Shown: positions 6,201 through 15,262 of the stretch, in pieces
How the letters are laid out: every line of letters starts with the position of its first letter
Position numbering within the stretch: the first letter of the stretch is position 1
Assembly (NCBI GenBank): GCA_018694455.1
Contig: JABHNP010000304.1
Coordinates: 1-42,615 of the forward strand
Reading direction: 5' to 3'
DNA from: Planctomycetaceae bacterium
GTDB lineage: Bacteria > Planctomycetota > Planctomycetia > Pirellulales > UBA1268
DNA length: 42,615 bases
The notes under the pieces: model-generated
What the model saw: only the letters and a program-made list of their open reading frames with translations
Told to the model about the DNA's origin: nothing
Databases searched by the model: none
Program-made: the position numbers and the translations under genes

Positions 6201-9134
6201 ATGAAATTAATGAGAAAAAAACAAAGTCAGTTCTCTGTTGAACGGCTGGAACCACGACTTGCACTTGATGCGGGTGGCGTTCAGCGGCCCACCCTTGAAC
6301 GTAGTCACGACATTTATTTGTCAAATGTTGGACCGGCACCAATCGTTTTTGGGAAAAGTGATATTTCAATAACTACGGATTCGTTCGTCGTAACAGCCGT
6401 TGCTCATGGAACTGTTGAAAAATGGGTGCAGGCTGATGGTTGGGTAGATGTATCTACAAAACCAACAACATCAAACCCTCGTGAATTACTTAAGCTCCTA
6501 CAGCGTCGAGTTTTTTCCAAAGGTGATCGATTGCGATGGATCCCTGCTGTCCAAGACTTAAGTACAGATATCGCGACGCAAGCTGCGTTTACCAGCCGAG
6601 CAAAAGCATTTGAGGTGCACGACTGGGGCCGGAAGACCGAAGAGTCGACTGATCCGGTAACTCGTCCAGAGCCAGTTGAGAATTTTGCAGTGACGCAGGC
6701 TGTTGATGGAAACTTCACGGCAACGTGGGGCGGTGTTCCGGCAGACCCAACAATTATTCGAGCAGAATACGGTGTTGCCAGTGGCAGCGATGCGGGGTCC
6801 CATGATGGTTGGGGCATGATGCGTCCAGATAGTGGACGTTTTGAAGCGAGTGATCTCGTGTGGCATGAAGGGCTGCAGCGGTTTTTCGCTGTTGCAGATG
6901 ACGGAGGATATCTGGCTACATTTACGTATGACGGGACGACGGTCACTGAGGTTGGTGGGCCGGGTGACTACAAGGTAGACAGATATTGGAAAGTCGATGT
7001 TGCTGGCTTGCTTGCTGATTCAACCGTCAGTAGCTCAGATAAGGCGAAGCTTCAAGAAATGCATATTGATCAGTCGACGAGTTTCGAGGGACTCACATTT
7101 AAGCAGTCGAGTGATGCAACCGAAGCGTCAAAAATCATTTACATCGGTGTAGAGTCCGAGTGGGATGAAGAAAATAGTGGACCGAAAATTGGAAACAAGA
7201 TCATCGAGTTTAACTTTTCTGAAGCATTTGATGTCAATGGGGATTGGGTTTTTGGTGAAGGTGAACAGCCGGGTAAGATCACTCAGGTTTTTGATCTTGG
7301 GTACAAACATGACAATAAAGATAAGGGTGGTAAAGATGACCCAATGCCTGTTCACGGTGATGTAAGTTTCGCAGCAGGCCTTGAGGCACTCACCTTTGTG
7401 CCCAATGAAGTCAATGGCACGGAGGGGCTTTTCTATGCTGGTCGTCAAAAAGATGGCAAGGTGTACAAACTCAACTTAAATCAGAGCACCACGGGCATTG
7501 TTGGGGCCGTTGAACGAATAGGAGATTTTACGTTCGATAGCGTGAAGAACCCGGGGTATCCTGATCTTGGCGCTCTTCAGTACGTTGAGGTTGGAGGGAG
7601 TCAATACGTGCTTGCGTTGTTTGGTGAGGGGCCGGCAACAACTCAGGGAAAAACAGAAGATTCTCGTTCTGGTGGAGCAGTGAACCCTGATGCTGTCCGG
7701 ATAGCGCTGGCGACGCTTGATGGTCATGTGACTCAAACGTGGGATCAAGAAGGTGCTTGGAACGAATTCGACACAGAGTCGGATGATTGGATGACAAGTC
7801 TTCGTGGGCCTGAAGGTATTTCATATTTCGAAATTAACGGTGTTCCTCACCTTGCTTTTGCTCAAGATCCGGGTGGTTCACAACGTGATCAAGGCACAAA
7901 TTACGATCCCGTAAATGGTTTTTCACCAACAGATGGCGGGCGAATTGGACAAGTAAAGTTCTTCAGTGGGTTTGATCTCGACGCGCCGCAAGTAACCAGC
8001 ACACTGAAAGTCAATGAGGATTTGACCATTCCAGGTATACGGGGAGGCTCCTATGAGTTGCCCGCTCAACAGTCGCGTACAAAAAGTCAACAATTCAAAC
8101 TGTATTCGACCGCATTAAACTCAGATGGAACAACGAGCGTCTATCAAAGTAATGTGGCTATACCGGTTGTTCATTACGAGGAATACGAGGCTACAGGAAA
8201 GTCGGAGTCACTATCCTTTGAAACCCTTGATGGTTGGACAGTTTTCGAATACGACGATCAGCATTCTCAGGCGAAGTATGTTCGCGAGAATGTCACGATT
8301 GATCCAGATGGAAGTTTGCGGATTAAAGTAACAGCTAGAGAATCAGATGGTAAGCCTTTGAGCGGCCGCGTAATGTCAAACCATAGGCAGAAATATGGGC
8401 TCATTATTTATAAAACAAAACAAATACCAAAAGCCGTAACTGCGGATTCAATGCTAAGTCACTTATGGCCTGCTCTTTGGACGGTTGGTTGGATTGATGA
8501 CGAGCACCCTTGGCCTGAAAAAGGAGAAATTGATGTTATGGAGACGGTACGGTCTCATGCAGAACGCCCTGACTTTACGTCTAGGATCATGGCGAAAACA
8601 GAAGGTTTTTCCATCCCGGTTGACTATACGAAGAAATATTATGCAAGTATTCCTCAGGAGGCGAATGGTATCGAAGAGATTCAAACAGTGTTGCCGTCCG
8701 CCGCTAGCTGGTCTGAGCCGCACACGTTTGCTGTTGATTGGTATGAGGTCAACGATGAGGCTGGCAGTCAGACCGACGTCATGTTCGATTTCTACCTCGA
8801 TGTAGAGGTTGGTAGTAGTGGTTATCTTGTGCCAATGGCTGGGTCAAATGGGACCGTATCTCCTATCAAGAGTTATTCATTAAAAGAAGAAGTCGAAGCT
8901 TACAATGCAAATCCTGTCGATGGAGTACGATTGCCTGGCTGGGAAGAAGTTTTTGAGTCATGGGGGCGGCATGGAGTGGTACTTAACGTTGCCGTTGGAG
9001 GAGACTGGAACGGAAATTATAATGACCAAATAACTGTAGGGGGTGCTAACAGTGACTTTGCTACACACCTTCCTGTAGATGGCACAGCAGATATGGTCAT
9101 AGAGTACGTTAAAGCTTTCACGCGATCAGATTGA
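6201..9134 (+). CDS. Large secreted multidomain glycoside hydrolase with C-terminal GH16 domain
   Basis: The track ORF starts at 5967, but the likely start is ATG 6201 (MKLMRKKQSQFSVERLEPRLALDAGG). The C-terminal domain has WPALWTVGW...WPEKG-E-I-D-V-M-E (8526-8543), which is the GH16 ExDxxE catalytic motif. It also has HTFAVDWYE and VLNVAVGGDWNG. The central region, with repeated EGL(T/E)F / GPEGISY motifs, looks beta-propeller-like (SdiA-regulated/phytase-like). Confidence 0.88.
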   Translation: MKLMRKKQSQFSVERLEPRLALDAGGVQRPTLERSHDIYLSNVGPAPIVFGKSDISITTDSFVVTAVAHGTVEKWVQADGWVDVSTKPTTSNPRELLKLLQRRVFSKGDRLRWIPAVQDLSTDIATQAAFTSRAKAFEVHDWGRKTEESTDPVTRPEPVENFAVTQAVDGNFTATWGGVPADPTIIRAEYGVASGSDAGSHDGWGMMRPDSGRFEASDLVWHEGLQRFFAVADDGGYLATFTYDGTTVTEVGGPGDYKVDRYWKVDVAGLLADSTVSSSDKAKLQEMHIDQSTSFEGLTFKQSSDATEASKIIYIGVESEWDEENSGPKIGNKIIEFNFSEAFDVNGDWVFGEGEQPGKITQVFDLGYKHDNKDKGGKDDPMPVHGDVSFAAGLEALTFVPNEVNGTEGLFYAGRQKDGKVYKLNLNQSTTGIVGAVERIGDFTFDSVKNPGYPDLGALQYVEVGGSQYVLALFGEGPATTQGKTEDSRSGGAVNPDAVRIALATLDGHVTQTWDQEGAWNEFDTESDDWMTSLRGPEGISYFEINGVPHLAFAQDPGGSQRDQGTNYDPVNGFSPTDGGRIGQVKFFSGFDLDAPQVTSTLKVNEDLTIPGIRGGSYELPAQQSRTKSQQFKLYSTALNSDGTTSVYQSNVAIPVVHYEEYEATGKSESLSFETLDGWTVFEYDDQHSQAKYVRENVTIDPDGSLRIKVTARESDGKPLSGRVMSNHRQKYGLIIYKTKQIPKAVTADSMLSHLWPALWTVGWIDDEHPWPEKGEIDVMETVRSHAERPDFTSRIMAKTEGFSIPVDYTKKYYASIPQEANGIEEIQTVLPSAASWSEPHTFAVDWYEVNDEAGSQTDVMFDFYLDVEVGSSGYLVPMAGSNGTVSPIKSYSLKEEVEAYNANPVDGVRLPGWEEVFESWGRHGVVLNVAVGGDWNGNYNDQITVGGANSDFATHLPVDGTADMVIEYVKAFTRSD

Positions 9135-9389
9135 GTTGCTTGGGAAGGCCAGATCACGCTTTGGGTGATGGAATCGTTGAAGTGAAAGTGGTGTGGGATG
9201 TTCGTTCCTGCGATTCAGAATCCTATGATGTTGCTTCATGGTGTGGGTTTTGTGATTGCCAAACTAGAGTTTTCAGGCCATGGCGGGATATTTTTCCGTA
9301 AACGTTATTTGACGTCTTAAGCAGGAGTTGTCTGGACCAACAGTTGGGCCAACAGTGTCTAGCTGTCCCGGGCTTTCGTCTTACGGTAT

Positions 9390-10562
9390 TCAGTGGTTGG
9401 TGCGAATTGTTAAAACTTCACCCAGCACAGTGAAAATATCTGTCTGTAAAAAATTAGATGTGACTGCAATGCTCTGACGACCGTCAGACATCGAAACCAC
9501 ATTCGCGACAAAACCATTGATGTTGCCTTCGTGTCCCCAGCCAGTACCGAGACCGTCGACTTCATACTGCAAAAGTCCAAGGCCTGCTGCGGTCCACTTG
9601 AGTTTCCCAAATGCTGGCATGGTAGATAGTGCCACCCGCGACTGAGGGGTTGGTGTTGTCATGAGCGCTCGATGCGCCGCATCGAGCAGATCGCCATTCA
9701 CAAGTTTATGAATCCACAGAGCCAGATCAGCTGGTGTTGAGACCATCGCTCCCGCCGACCACGCGACTTTCCAGTCCTGACCATCAGTGACAGGAACAAT
9801 CTCAAAGCCGGGTTTCTTGACGCAGTCAGGCTCCCCCTTCATGCCACACTTGAGTCGTGAGCCGGGTACCGTGTTCGGTAGCGGGTGACCATTCCAAATC
9901 GTTGTGTCTTCAAGGCCAAGCCTCTCGATGAAGCGGCTTTGAATCTCCTGCGACCATGAAGTCCCCGTAACCTTTTCAGCGATAACCCCAAGCATGATGT
10001 AATTTGTATTGCAATACGACCATGCGGTGCCTGGTTGAAAGAGCGGCGTCGCTGTGGCGGCAAGAGCTATCGATTGGTGGGGCGTATGCGTTCGGCAGTG
10101 TTCAGGAAGTTCACTAAAATCAGGTAGACCACTCGTGTGGCCAAGAAGCATTTCAACCTTTATTGATTCACCGCCCGGGTATTCCAGCCACCTACTGATT
10201 GGGTCGGTAAGCGAAAGATCACCTGACTGATCAAGCTGCATGATAAGCGCAGCGGTAAACGTTTTCGTGACGCTGCCAACATGGAAGCGACTTTTGGACG
10301 AAAGAGGAGTTTCACTCGGGGTAGCCACCCCAGAAACAGCGGTAGTTATTTCCAGAGAGCCGGGCGGGCCGTGTGCAACAGCCGCAGCAATGCCAGGAAT
10401 TGTGACTCCCCACGGTGCACCACCTGTGACTCGCAACTCATCGAGTGTACTCTCGAGCATCTCTTTATCTGCTGCAAAGGAGCAGGTGTTCAAGCTTGTT
10501 GCCGCAGTCACTATGACAAGGAAAATACTTCTTAAGTCCAGACGTCCCGAGAGTGTTGTCAT
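9390..10562 (-). CDS. Serine hydrolase, beta-lactamase / DD-peptidase (class C-like) family
   Basis: S-x-x-K motif in HVGSVTKTFTAALIMQL, Y-x-N in WSYCNTNYIMLG, and GHTSGLPDF. The likely start is ATG 10562 (MTTLSGRLDLRSIFLVIVTAA signal). The track ORF extends to 10640. Confidence 0.88.
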   Translation of the reverse strand: MTTLSGRLDLRSIFLVIVTAATSLNTCSFAADKEMLESTLDELRVTGGAPWGVTIPGIAAAVAHGPPGSLEITTAVSGVATPSETPLSSKSRFHVGSVTKTFTAALIMQLDQSGDLSLTDPISRWLEYPGGESIKVEMLLGHTSGLPDFSELPEHCRTHTPHQSIALAATATPLFQPGTAWSYCNTNYIMLGVIAEKVTGTSWSQEIQSRFIERLGLEDTTIWNGHPLPNTVPGSRLKCGMKGEPDCVKKPGFEIVPVTDGQDWKVAWSAGAMVSTPADLALWIHKLVNGDLLDAAHRALMTTPTPQSRVALSTMPAFGKLKWTAAGLGLLQYEVDGLGTGWGHEGNINGFVANVVSMSDGRQSIAVTSNFLQTDIFTVLGEVLTIRTNH

Positions 10563-10759
10563 GCGTGTTGTGTCTAGTAATGCGTAAAGAGATGACCATC
10601 GTGACCAAAAGAGAGGCTGGGCAATTCTGAAGAAGAGCAACGCTTAAGTCCTCAGCGAAGCAGACGCGTATTGAGTACGAGGGTTCAAGCGACATGATTC
10701 AGTGTCAGCTTTACAGGATAGGCTGTGGGGTATCGAGGATTACTACTCGATGGCTCATG

Positions 10760-12061
10760 TCATGAACTCATTACCGGGACCCGCTCCGACGGGGAGTCGC
10801 TGGTCTCTTCAGTATCTGTTTGCTCCTGTGCCGTTGATTGAAGCCGCTCTTTATTCACCTCATCCTGTCGAGTGAACTGAGCTTCAAGCGATTGTGGGTT
10901 CCCCATAACAAACTTCATGGCAAGGCTACGGTATGACTTTGTGATAATCAGATCATCATAGAATTCAGGGGCGATTTCTCGCAGGCGGCCAAGCCGACTC
11001 CAAGGAATACCCATCAGGTCATGATGTTCGAGGTGCAGGCCGAAGTTAAAGTACAGCCAGTTGGACCATCCATAAAGCGATGACGATGGCTGATAGCTGC
11101 TGCTTCCATGAAAGTGGGAATTACTAAGGATAATTCCAAAGTTATGTGGGTGTAGAAATCCGGTTGCGAAAAGCTGCGATGCCAAAAGAAAAACAACAGC
11201 TTTCCAGCCACCCACCGTAAAAAGACCGATAGTCATCAGGATTGAGAGCGATGGGTAGATAACCGCCCATCGTTTGAGTTTATAGTTTTCGTATCCCGAA
11301 ATAAGATGCTCATCAGCAAGGATAGAAAGCGCCTTGGGGCCGGGGTCAAGTTTGCCGCGGAGTAGAGACTCAAATGTGTAAACACCAAGCCCGAGTATTG
11401 AGCGAAAGAATTGCAAGACAAGCATGACAAGTGCATACGGCATGCCAACGGGCGAAAAGAGTGCGCAACAAAATCTGTAGATCGGTCCTTCTGTAAAAAA
11501 TTGAAGATACCGATGTTGCCGTGTAAGAAGAAAAGCAGTTCGGCGGCGTGTGATGAAATCCTTTTTGGCACCAAGGTCATTATGGTGCACGTGATGCTCA
11601 ATCCACCATGCATGATGCCCGGACATAAACATCGGGAGTGTTGTAAAAGTGAAGAGCCAGCGGTTTGGTGTTGTTTTTTTGAAGACAAGGTTGTGATTGC
11701 ATTCATGGGCGAGTTGAAACAGATTGACATCAATCCAGGAGCCAATTGCCCAGGCAACCAGCAGAACAGCCCACCAGGGTTGGCTGCTGAGTCCAACAGC
11801 AAAAGCAATTTGGGCAGAAGCGAACACGATGCACCAGAATGCAGTACTTGGTGTATTGCCAAACAGACTTTTAATTTCTGGATGATTGCGAATCATTTGC
11901 TTTGCACGATCACGGTGCCAAATAGCATCAGGCTTGTCGGAGTCGCTCACTCGATCGCTAATGTCAATTTCATAGCCCGGAAACATGGGCGTTGGTGTTC
12001 CAAGAATCCGTGGATGAAATCCAACTTTTTTATGTGCTGGTGCGTCGGCGGGAAATAACAC
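10760..12061 (-). CDS. Membrane fatty-acid desaturase family, sphingolipid delta4-desaturase (DEGS/DES1)-like
   Basis: GTG start at 12061 is preceded by TAAGGAGAC 7 nt upstream. Three His boxes are present: HECNH, HHVHH (in WWIEHHVHHNDLG) and HLEHH (in FNFGLHLEHHDLMGIPW). The N-terminal segment DAIWHRDRAKQMIRNHPEIKSLFG resembles the Lipid_DES N-terminal domain of dihydroceramide desaturases. Several TM segments are present. Confidence 0.85.
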   Translation of the reverse strand: MLFPADAPAHKKVGFHPRILGTPTPMFPGYEIDISDRVSDSDKPDAIWHRDRAKQMIRNHPEIKSLFGNTPSTAFWCIVFASAQIAFAVGLSSQPWWAVLLVAWAIGSWIDVNLFQLAHECNHNLVFKKTTPNRWLFTFTTLPMFMSGHHAWWIEHHVHHNDLGAKKDFITRRRTAFLLTRQHRYLQFFTEGPIYRFCCALFSPVGMPYALVMLVLQFFRSILGLGVYTFESLLRGKLDPGPKALSILADEHLISGYENYKLKRWAVIYPSLSILMTIGLFTVGGWKAVVFLLASQLFATGFLHPHNFGIILSNSHFHGSSSYQPSSSLYGWSNWLYFNFGLHLEHHDLMGIPWSRLGRLREIAPEFYDDLIITKSYRSLAMKFVMGNPQSLEAQFTRQDEVNKERLQSTAQEQTDTEETSDSPSERVPVMSS

Positions 12062-12591
12062 TGAATCAGTCTCCTTAGAAACGAATCACAACCTCGTATT
12101 CAATGTACCCGTTTTGGAATAGATTTCGAGTGTTGTGGCAGAGGGTCGCTCTCCTTTTTTATATGCACATGCCGAGGTATTGGTACAAGCGGTAAAGTTG
12201 CCAGAAGAGCGTAGGGGGCGGTTATGGCAAAAATATATGTAAAAATGTCTTCTGGCGTGAGGCACACGCTACTGCCTGAAAGAAATGCCATCAGACCTAA
12301 TCAGAGAAAGAAGAGTCTGTTTGAGTGAGCAATAGCTACAGCAAGGCTCTCAGTACTATACCCATGGTCAGTAAGAGAACGGTTTATAAAATCGAGACAA
12401 AGAGGAGATTCTGTGCCGCGAAACAGGTCTTTGTAGATTGGTTTCCCAGCGAAACTGAAAGATGTCAAAGTGGAAGCGTGAACCCGTCTCTATTCCTACA
12501 GTCGGTGCGTTTCCTGTTTTGTGTAAAAGAGGCGTGCCATGGATTCATCTCCCAAAGATCTGCTGGGTAACATCTTTGACAAAAGCCGCGT

Positions 12592-13884
12592 CTACTTTCT
12601 GCCGACACAGTACACGGCTTTGGTTGAACGAAAAATAATGCGGCCCTGATCAAATGCAGGTGTTGCATTGAATTGCTCATCTCCGTCGCCGAGTTTGTTT
12701 TCAGCAAGAATGGTGTGCTCAGGATCTGCTGCCATGACGACACATGTGCCATCACGGAGTTGTGCGTAGAGCCGTCCGTCTCCTAGAACAAGTGATGCGT
12801 AGACACGGTCACGAGATTCGTAGCGTTCACGAAAGAGGGTGCTGCCGTCTTCTGCATTGAGGCACTGGGCCATTCCCTTATCATGTGACCAGAATAAGTA
12901 GCCGTTATGAAATAAGGGGGTTGTGACGTTTGCTCCCACGGTTACTTCCCAGAGTTTGTGCGTCTCTGTCACGTCACCGCGGCCACCGGCCCGTACGGCA
13001 ATCGTTCGATTTTGTCTGCCACCTGAACAGTAGAGAGTGTCATCCACAACAACAATGCCTGGGACGACATAGTCGGGAATGCCTCGGCAGGTCCAAAGAA
13101 CATCACCAGTTTTTGGGTCGTATCCGCGGATGAGTTCCTTGTGGTGCATGACGAGTTCAGGTGTTCTGTTCTTGGGAGTGACAATCGTTGGCGTTGTCCA
13201 AGCCTTATTAATGTCTTCAACCTGCCAGACAATTGCTCCGGTGTCTTTGTCGAGGGCGACGAGTGCATTCGATTCAATTGCAGCGTTTATATAGATAAGC
13301 CCTTCATAGGCAATCGGTGAAGCGGCTGCGCCAAAGCCGGCAACACCGGTGCCGATACTTGTTCTCCAGAGTTCTTTCCCATCAAGTGAACAGCAGACAA
13401 CCCCAGATGGTCCAAAGGCGGCATAGATTTTCTTGCCATCAGTGCAGGGTGTAGGGGAGGCATAGCCATGATCTGCGACCCGAGGCGTTGCTTCCTGCTC
13501 TTCAGAAGAAGGGTCAAGCGTGAGTGTCCACTTTGGGGTGCCATCTTTTCGAGAAATTGCAATGACGTGGAGTTTTAGGCTTTCGCGTTCTCCTGGATCA
13601 TCAAGCTTTTCTCCGTATCCGCTATAACCCGTGAACACAATCAAGTCCTTCACAAGAATTGGACAACTTGAGCCACGAGCAACAGGAGTCTTCCACAGGA
13701 GGTTCTTGTCGTTTGACCAGGTCACCGGCAGCGTACCTGTATTCTCGGCGACTCCAGTGCCGTTCGGTCCACGGAACCGACCCCATGATTCTGCAAACGT
13801 TTTCGTGGCAGTTGTAGCGCACAGTGCGTACAAGAAGAACGTAGCCCATTTCAATAGTAGGCCATACGGTACATGATTACGCAT
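12592..13884 (-). CDS. PQQ-like (BamB-like) beta-propeller repeat protein, exported
   Basis: 430 aa with a signal peptide. The WGRFRGPNGTGV motif follows directly, as is typical of the expanded planctomycetal PQQ-like propeller family. Repeated blade segments (e.g. G..VW...). The gene starts 19 nt after the DUF1501 stop. Confidence 0.85.
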   Translation of the reverse strand: MRNHVPYGLLLKWATFFLYALCATTATKTFAESWGRFRGPNGTGVAENTGTLPVTWSNDKNLLWKTPVARGSSCPILVKDLIVFTGYSGYGEKLDDPGERESLKLHVIAISRKDGTPKWTLTLDPSSEEQEATPRVADHGYASPTPCTDGKKIYAAFGPSGVVCCSLDGKELWRTSIGTGVAGFGAAASPIAYEGLIYINAAIESNALVALDKDTGAIVWQVEDINKAWTTPTIVTPKNRTPELVMHHKELIRGYDPKTGDVLWTCRGIPDYVVPGIVVVDDTLYCSGGRQNRTIAVRAGGRGDVTETHKLWEVTVGANVTTPLFHNGYLFWSHDKGMAQCLNAEDGSTLFRERYESRDRVYASLVLGDGRLYAQLRDGTCVVMAADPEHTILAENKLGDGDEQFNATPAFDQGRIIFRSTKAVYCVGRK

Positions 13885-13903
13885 CGGCTGGTCTGCTTTC
13901 TAA

Positions 13904-15205
13904 CTAGCTCATCAGTTCCGGAATCACACTTCCATCTCGTACGATCATGACTGGTCGACCTGTACTTGTGTGATATTCCTTCGTTGGATCGATTCCAAGC
14001 AGACTGTAATAGGTTGCCGCAACGTCATCTGGCGAATGGCCATCGTGTCGAGGGCCACTCGCTGTGTCATCAGTCTCACCAATGACTCGGCCTCCAGAAA
14101 TGCCGCCACCTGCCATCAGCATAAACATGGCTCTGGCGTAATGGTCACGGCCCGTTCGAGTGGTGTTTATCTTTGGTGTTCGGCCAAATTCACCAGTGAC
14201 AAGTACAGCAGTCGACTCAAGAAGTCCCTTTTGCTCGAGTCCAGTAAACAAGGCTGACAGGCCCTCGTCAAGTGGTGGTAGCTGCTTGTTTTTCAGTGCG
14301 TTCCAGTTGTCGCGGTGAGTATCCCAGCCACCGTATGAGATAGTGACAAACGGCACGCCATGTTCGACAAGCCGCGTTGCAAGCAGGCAGCTCTGTCCAA
14401 ATTTCGTTTCACCAAAGGGAGCAGCAAAGCTTGATTTTTCACGGTTTGTGTCAAAGGCTTCTTTTGCTTTCGGTGAGGTAATAATCTTGTGCGCCTGCTC
14501 GGTGAATCTGTCGAGACCTGCTACAAGTTGATTCTTGTCTTCAATTGCATGAAAGCGTTGGTCGAGGTCTTCGAGGAGCAGTTGACGTCGTTCAACATCA
14601 CTCACGGTAAGGCTGCCATCGAGAGTCATGCCACGAACGCTAAAAGGCATACCAGGAGTTGGGGTTTTGCCTGTGGCAAGAGCTGCGTACTTGACGCCAA
14701 GGTAGCCGGTGCCGCCCTGGTTGTTTTTTGGGATCGCAACATTGTGCGGGAGTTCCATCGGGCCCCCAAGTTCACGGCTAACAACCGCACCGTAACCGGG
14801 GAACTCCAAAGAAGGAATCGGCCGATTGCCCGTGTTGACGTATTCCTGTCCAAGTTTGTGAGCAGCGAGCGAATGAGTGATGCCTCGCAGAATAACGTAC
14901 TTGTCCATGCATTGTGCAAGCTTCGGCAAGTGTTCACTTATTTGGATGCCGGGAACAGATGTTTTGATTGCGCTGAATTCACCACGGTATTCCGACGGTG
15001 CATCTGGCTTTGGGTCAAATGTGTCCATGTGCGACGGGCCACCAGGAAGATTGACAAAAATGGCTGCCTTCGCACCCTTTGGCCGTGCGGCTGCGGCGTG
15101 CGTCCATCGCAGGTAATTCGATAGAGAAAGGCCACCGGCACCGAGTGCTCCGAGTTTCAAAAAGTCTCTGCGGACGACGCCGTCACATGTTCGGTGAAGA
15201 GCCAT
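13904..15205 (-). CDS. DUF1501 protein (sulfatase/alkaline-phosphatase-superfamily-like), Tat signal
   Basis: Twin-arginine N-terminus VVRRDFLKLGALGAGGLSL. FVNLPGGPSHMDTFDPKPDAP and TGEFGRTP...GRDHY...LMAGGG are the hallmark DUF1501 motifs. Confidence 0.92.
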   Translation of the reverse strand: MALHRTCDGVVRRDFLKLGALGAGGLSLSNYLRWTHAAAARPKGAKAAIFVNLPGGPSHMDTFDPKPDAPSEYRGEFSAIKTSVPGIQISEHLPKLAQCMDKYVILRGITHSLAAHKLGQEYVNTGNRPIPSLEFPGYGAVVSRELGGPMELPHNVAIPKNNQGGTGYLGVKYAALATGKTPTPGMPFSVRGMTLDGSLTVSDVERRQLLLEDLDQRFHAIEDKNQLVAGLDRFTEQAHKIITSPKAKEAFDTNREKSSFAAPFGETKFGQSCLLATRLVEHGVPFVTISYGGWDTHRDNWNALKNKQLPPLDEGLSALFTGLEQKGLLESTAVLVTGEFGRTPKINTTRTGRDHYARAMFMLMAGGGISGGRVIGETDDTASGPRHDGHSPDDVAATYYSLLGIDPTKEYHTSTGRPVMIVRDGSVIPELMS

Positions 15206-15262
15206 AAGATTTCTCCAAGTAGTAAAGTTTCTTTTTGATTCGTTGTGGCGAACGTGCCAGGA

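Noticed and set aside
5611-6369. 252-aa minus-strand ORF spanning the DUF1080-like gene end and the GH16 upstream region
   Set aside because: It overlaps the 3' end of a motif-supported plus-strand CDS and the 5' end of the GH16 gene. The translated sequence is low-quality (rich in R/K/H/S/T, with no domain motif, signal peptide or RBS). It is most likely a chance antisense ORF.
6404-6946. 180-aa antisense ORF inside the GH16 gene
   Set aside because: It is embedded in the GH16 multidomain CDS. It is Ser/Arg/Pro-rich, as expected for the reverse complement of a coding region.
10732-10751. 6-bp stem ATCGAG/CTCGAT just downstream of the desaturase stop
   Set aside because: The stem is short, the loop is 8 nt, and no U-tract is present on the minus strand. 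This is not enough to call a terminator.
11236-12058. 208-aa (minus, other frame) and 215-aa (plus) ORFs inside the desaturase gene
   Set aside because: Both are fully contained within the His-box-supported desaturase CDS. Their compositions are Cys/Ser/Leu-rich and typical of off-frame translation.
14489-15124. 211-aa plus-strand ORF antisense to DUF1501
   Set aside because: It is fully embedded in a CDS with hallmark DUF1501 motifs and a Tat signal, and it has no motifs of its own.
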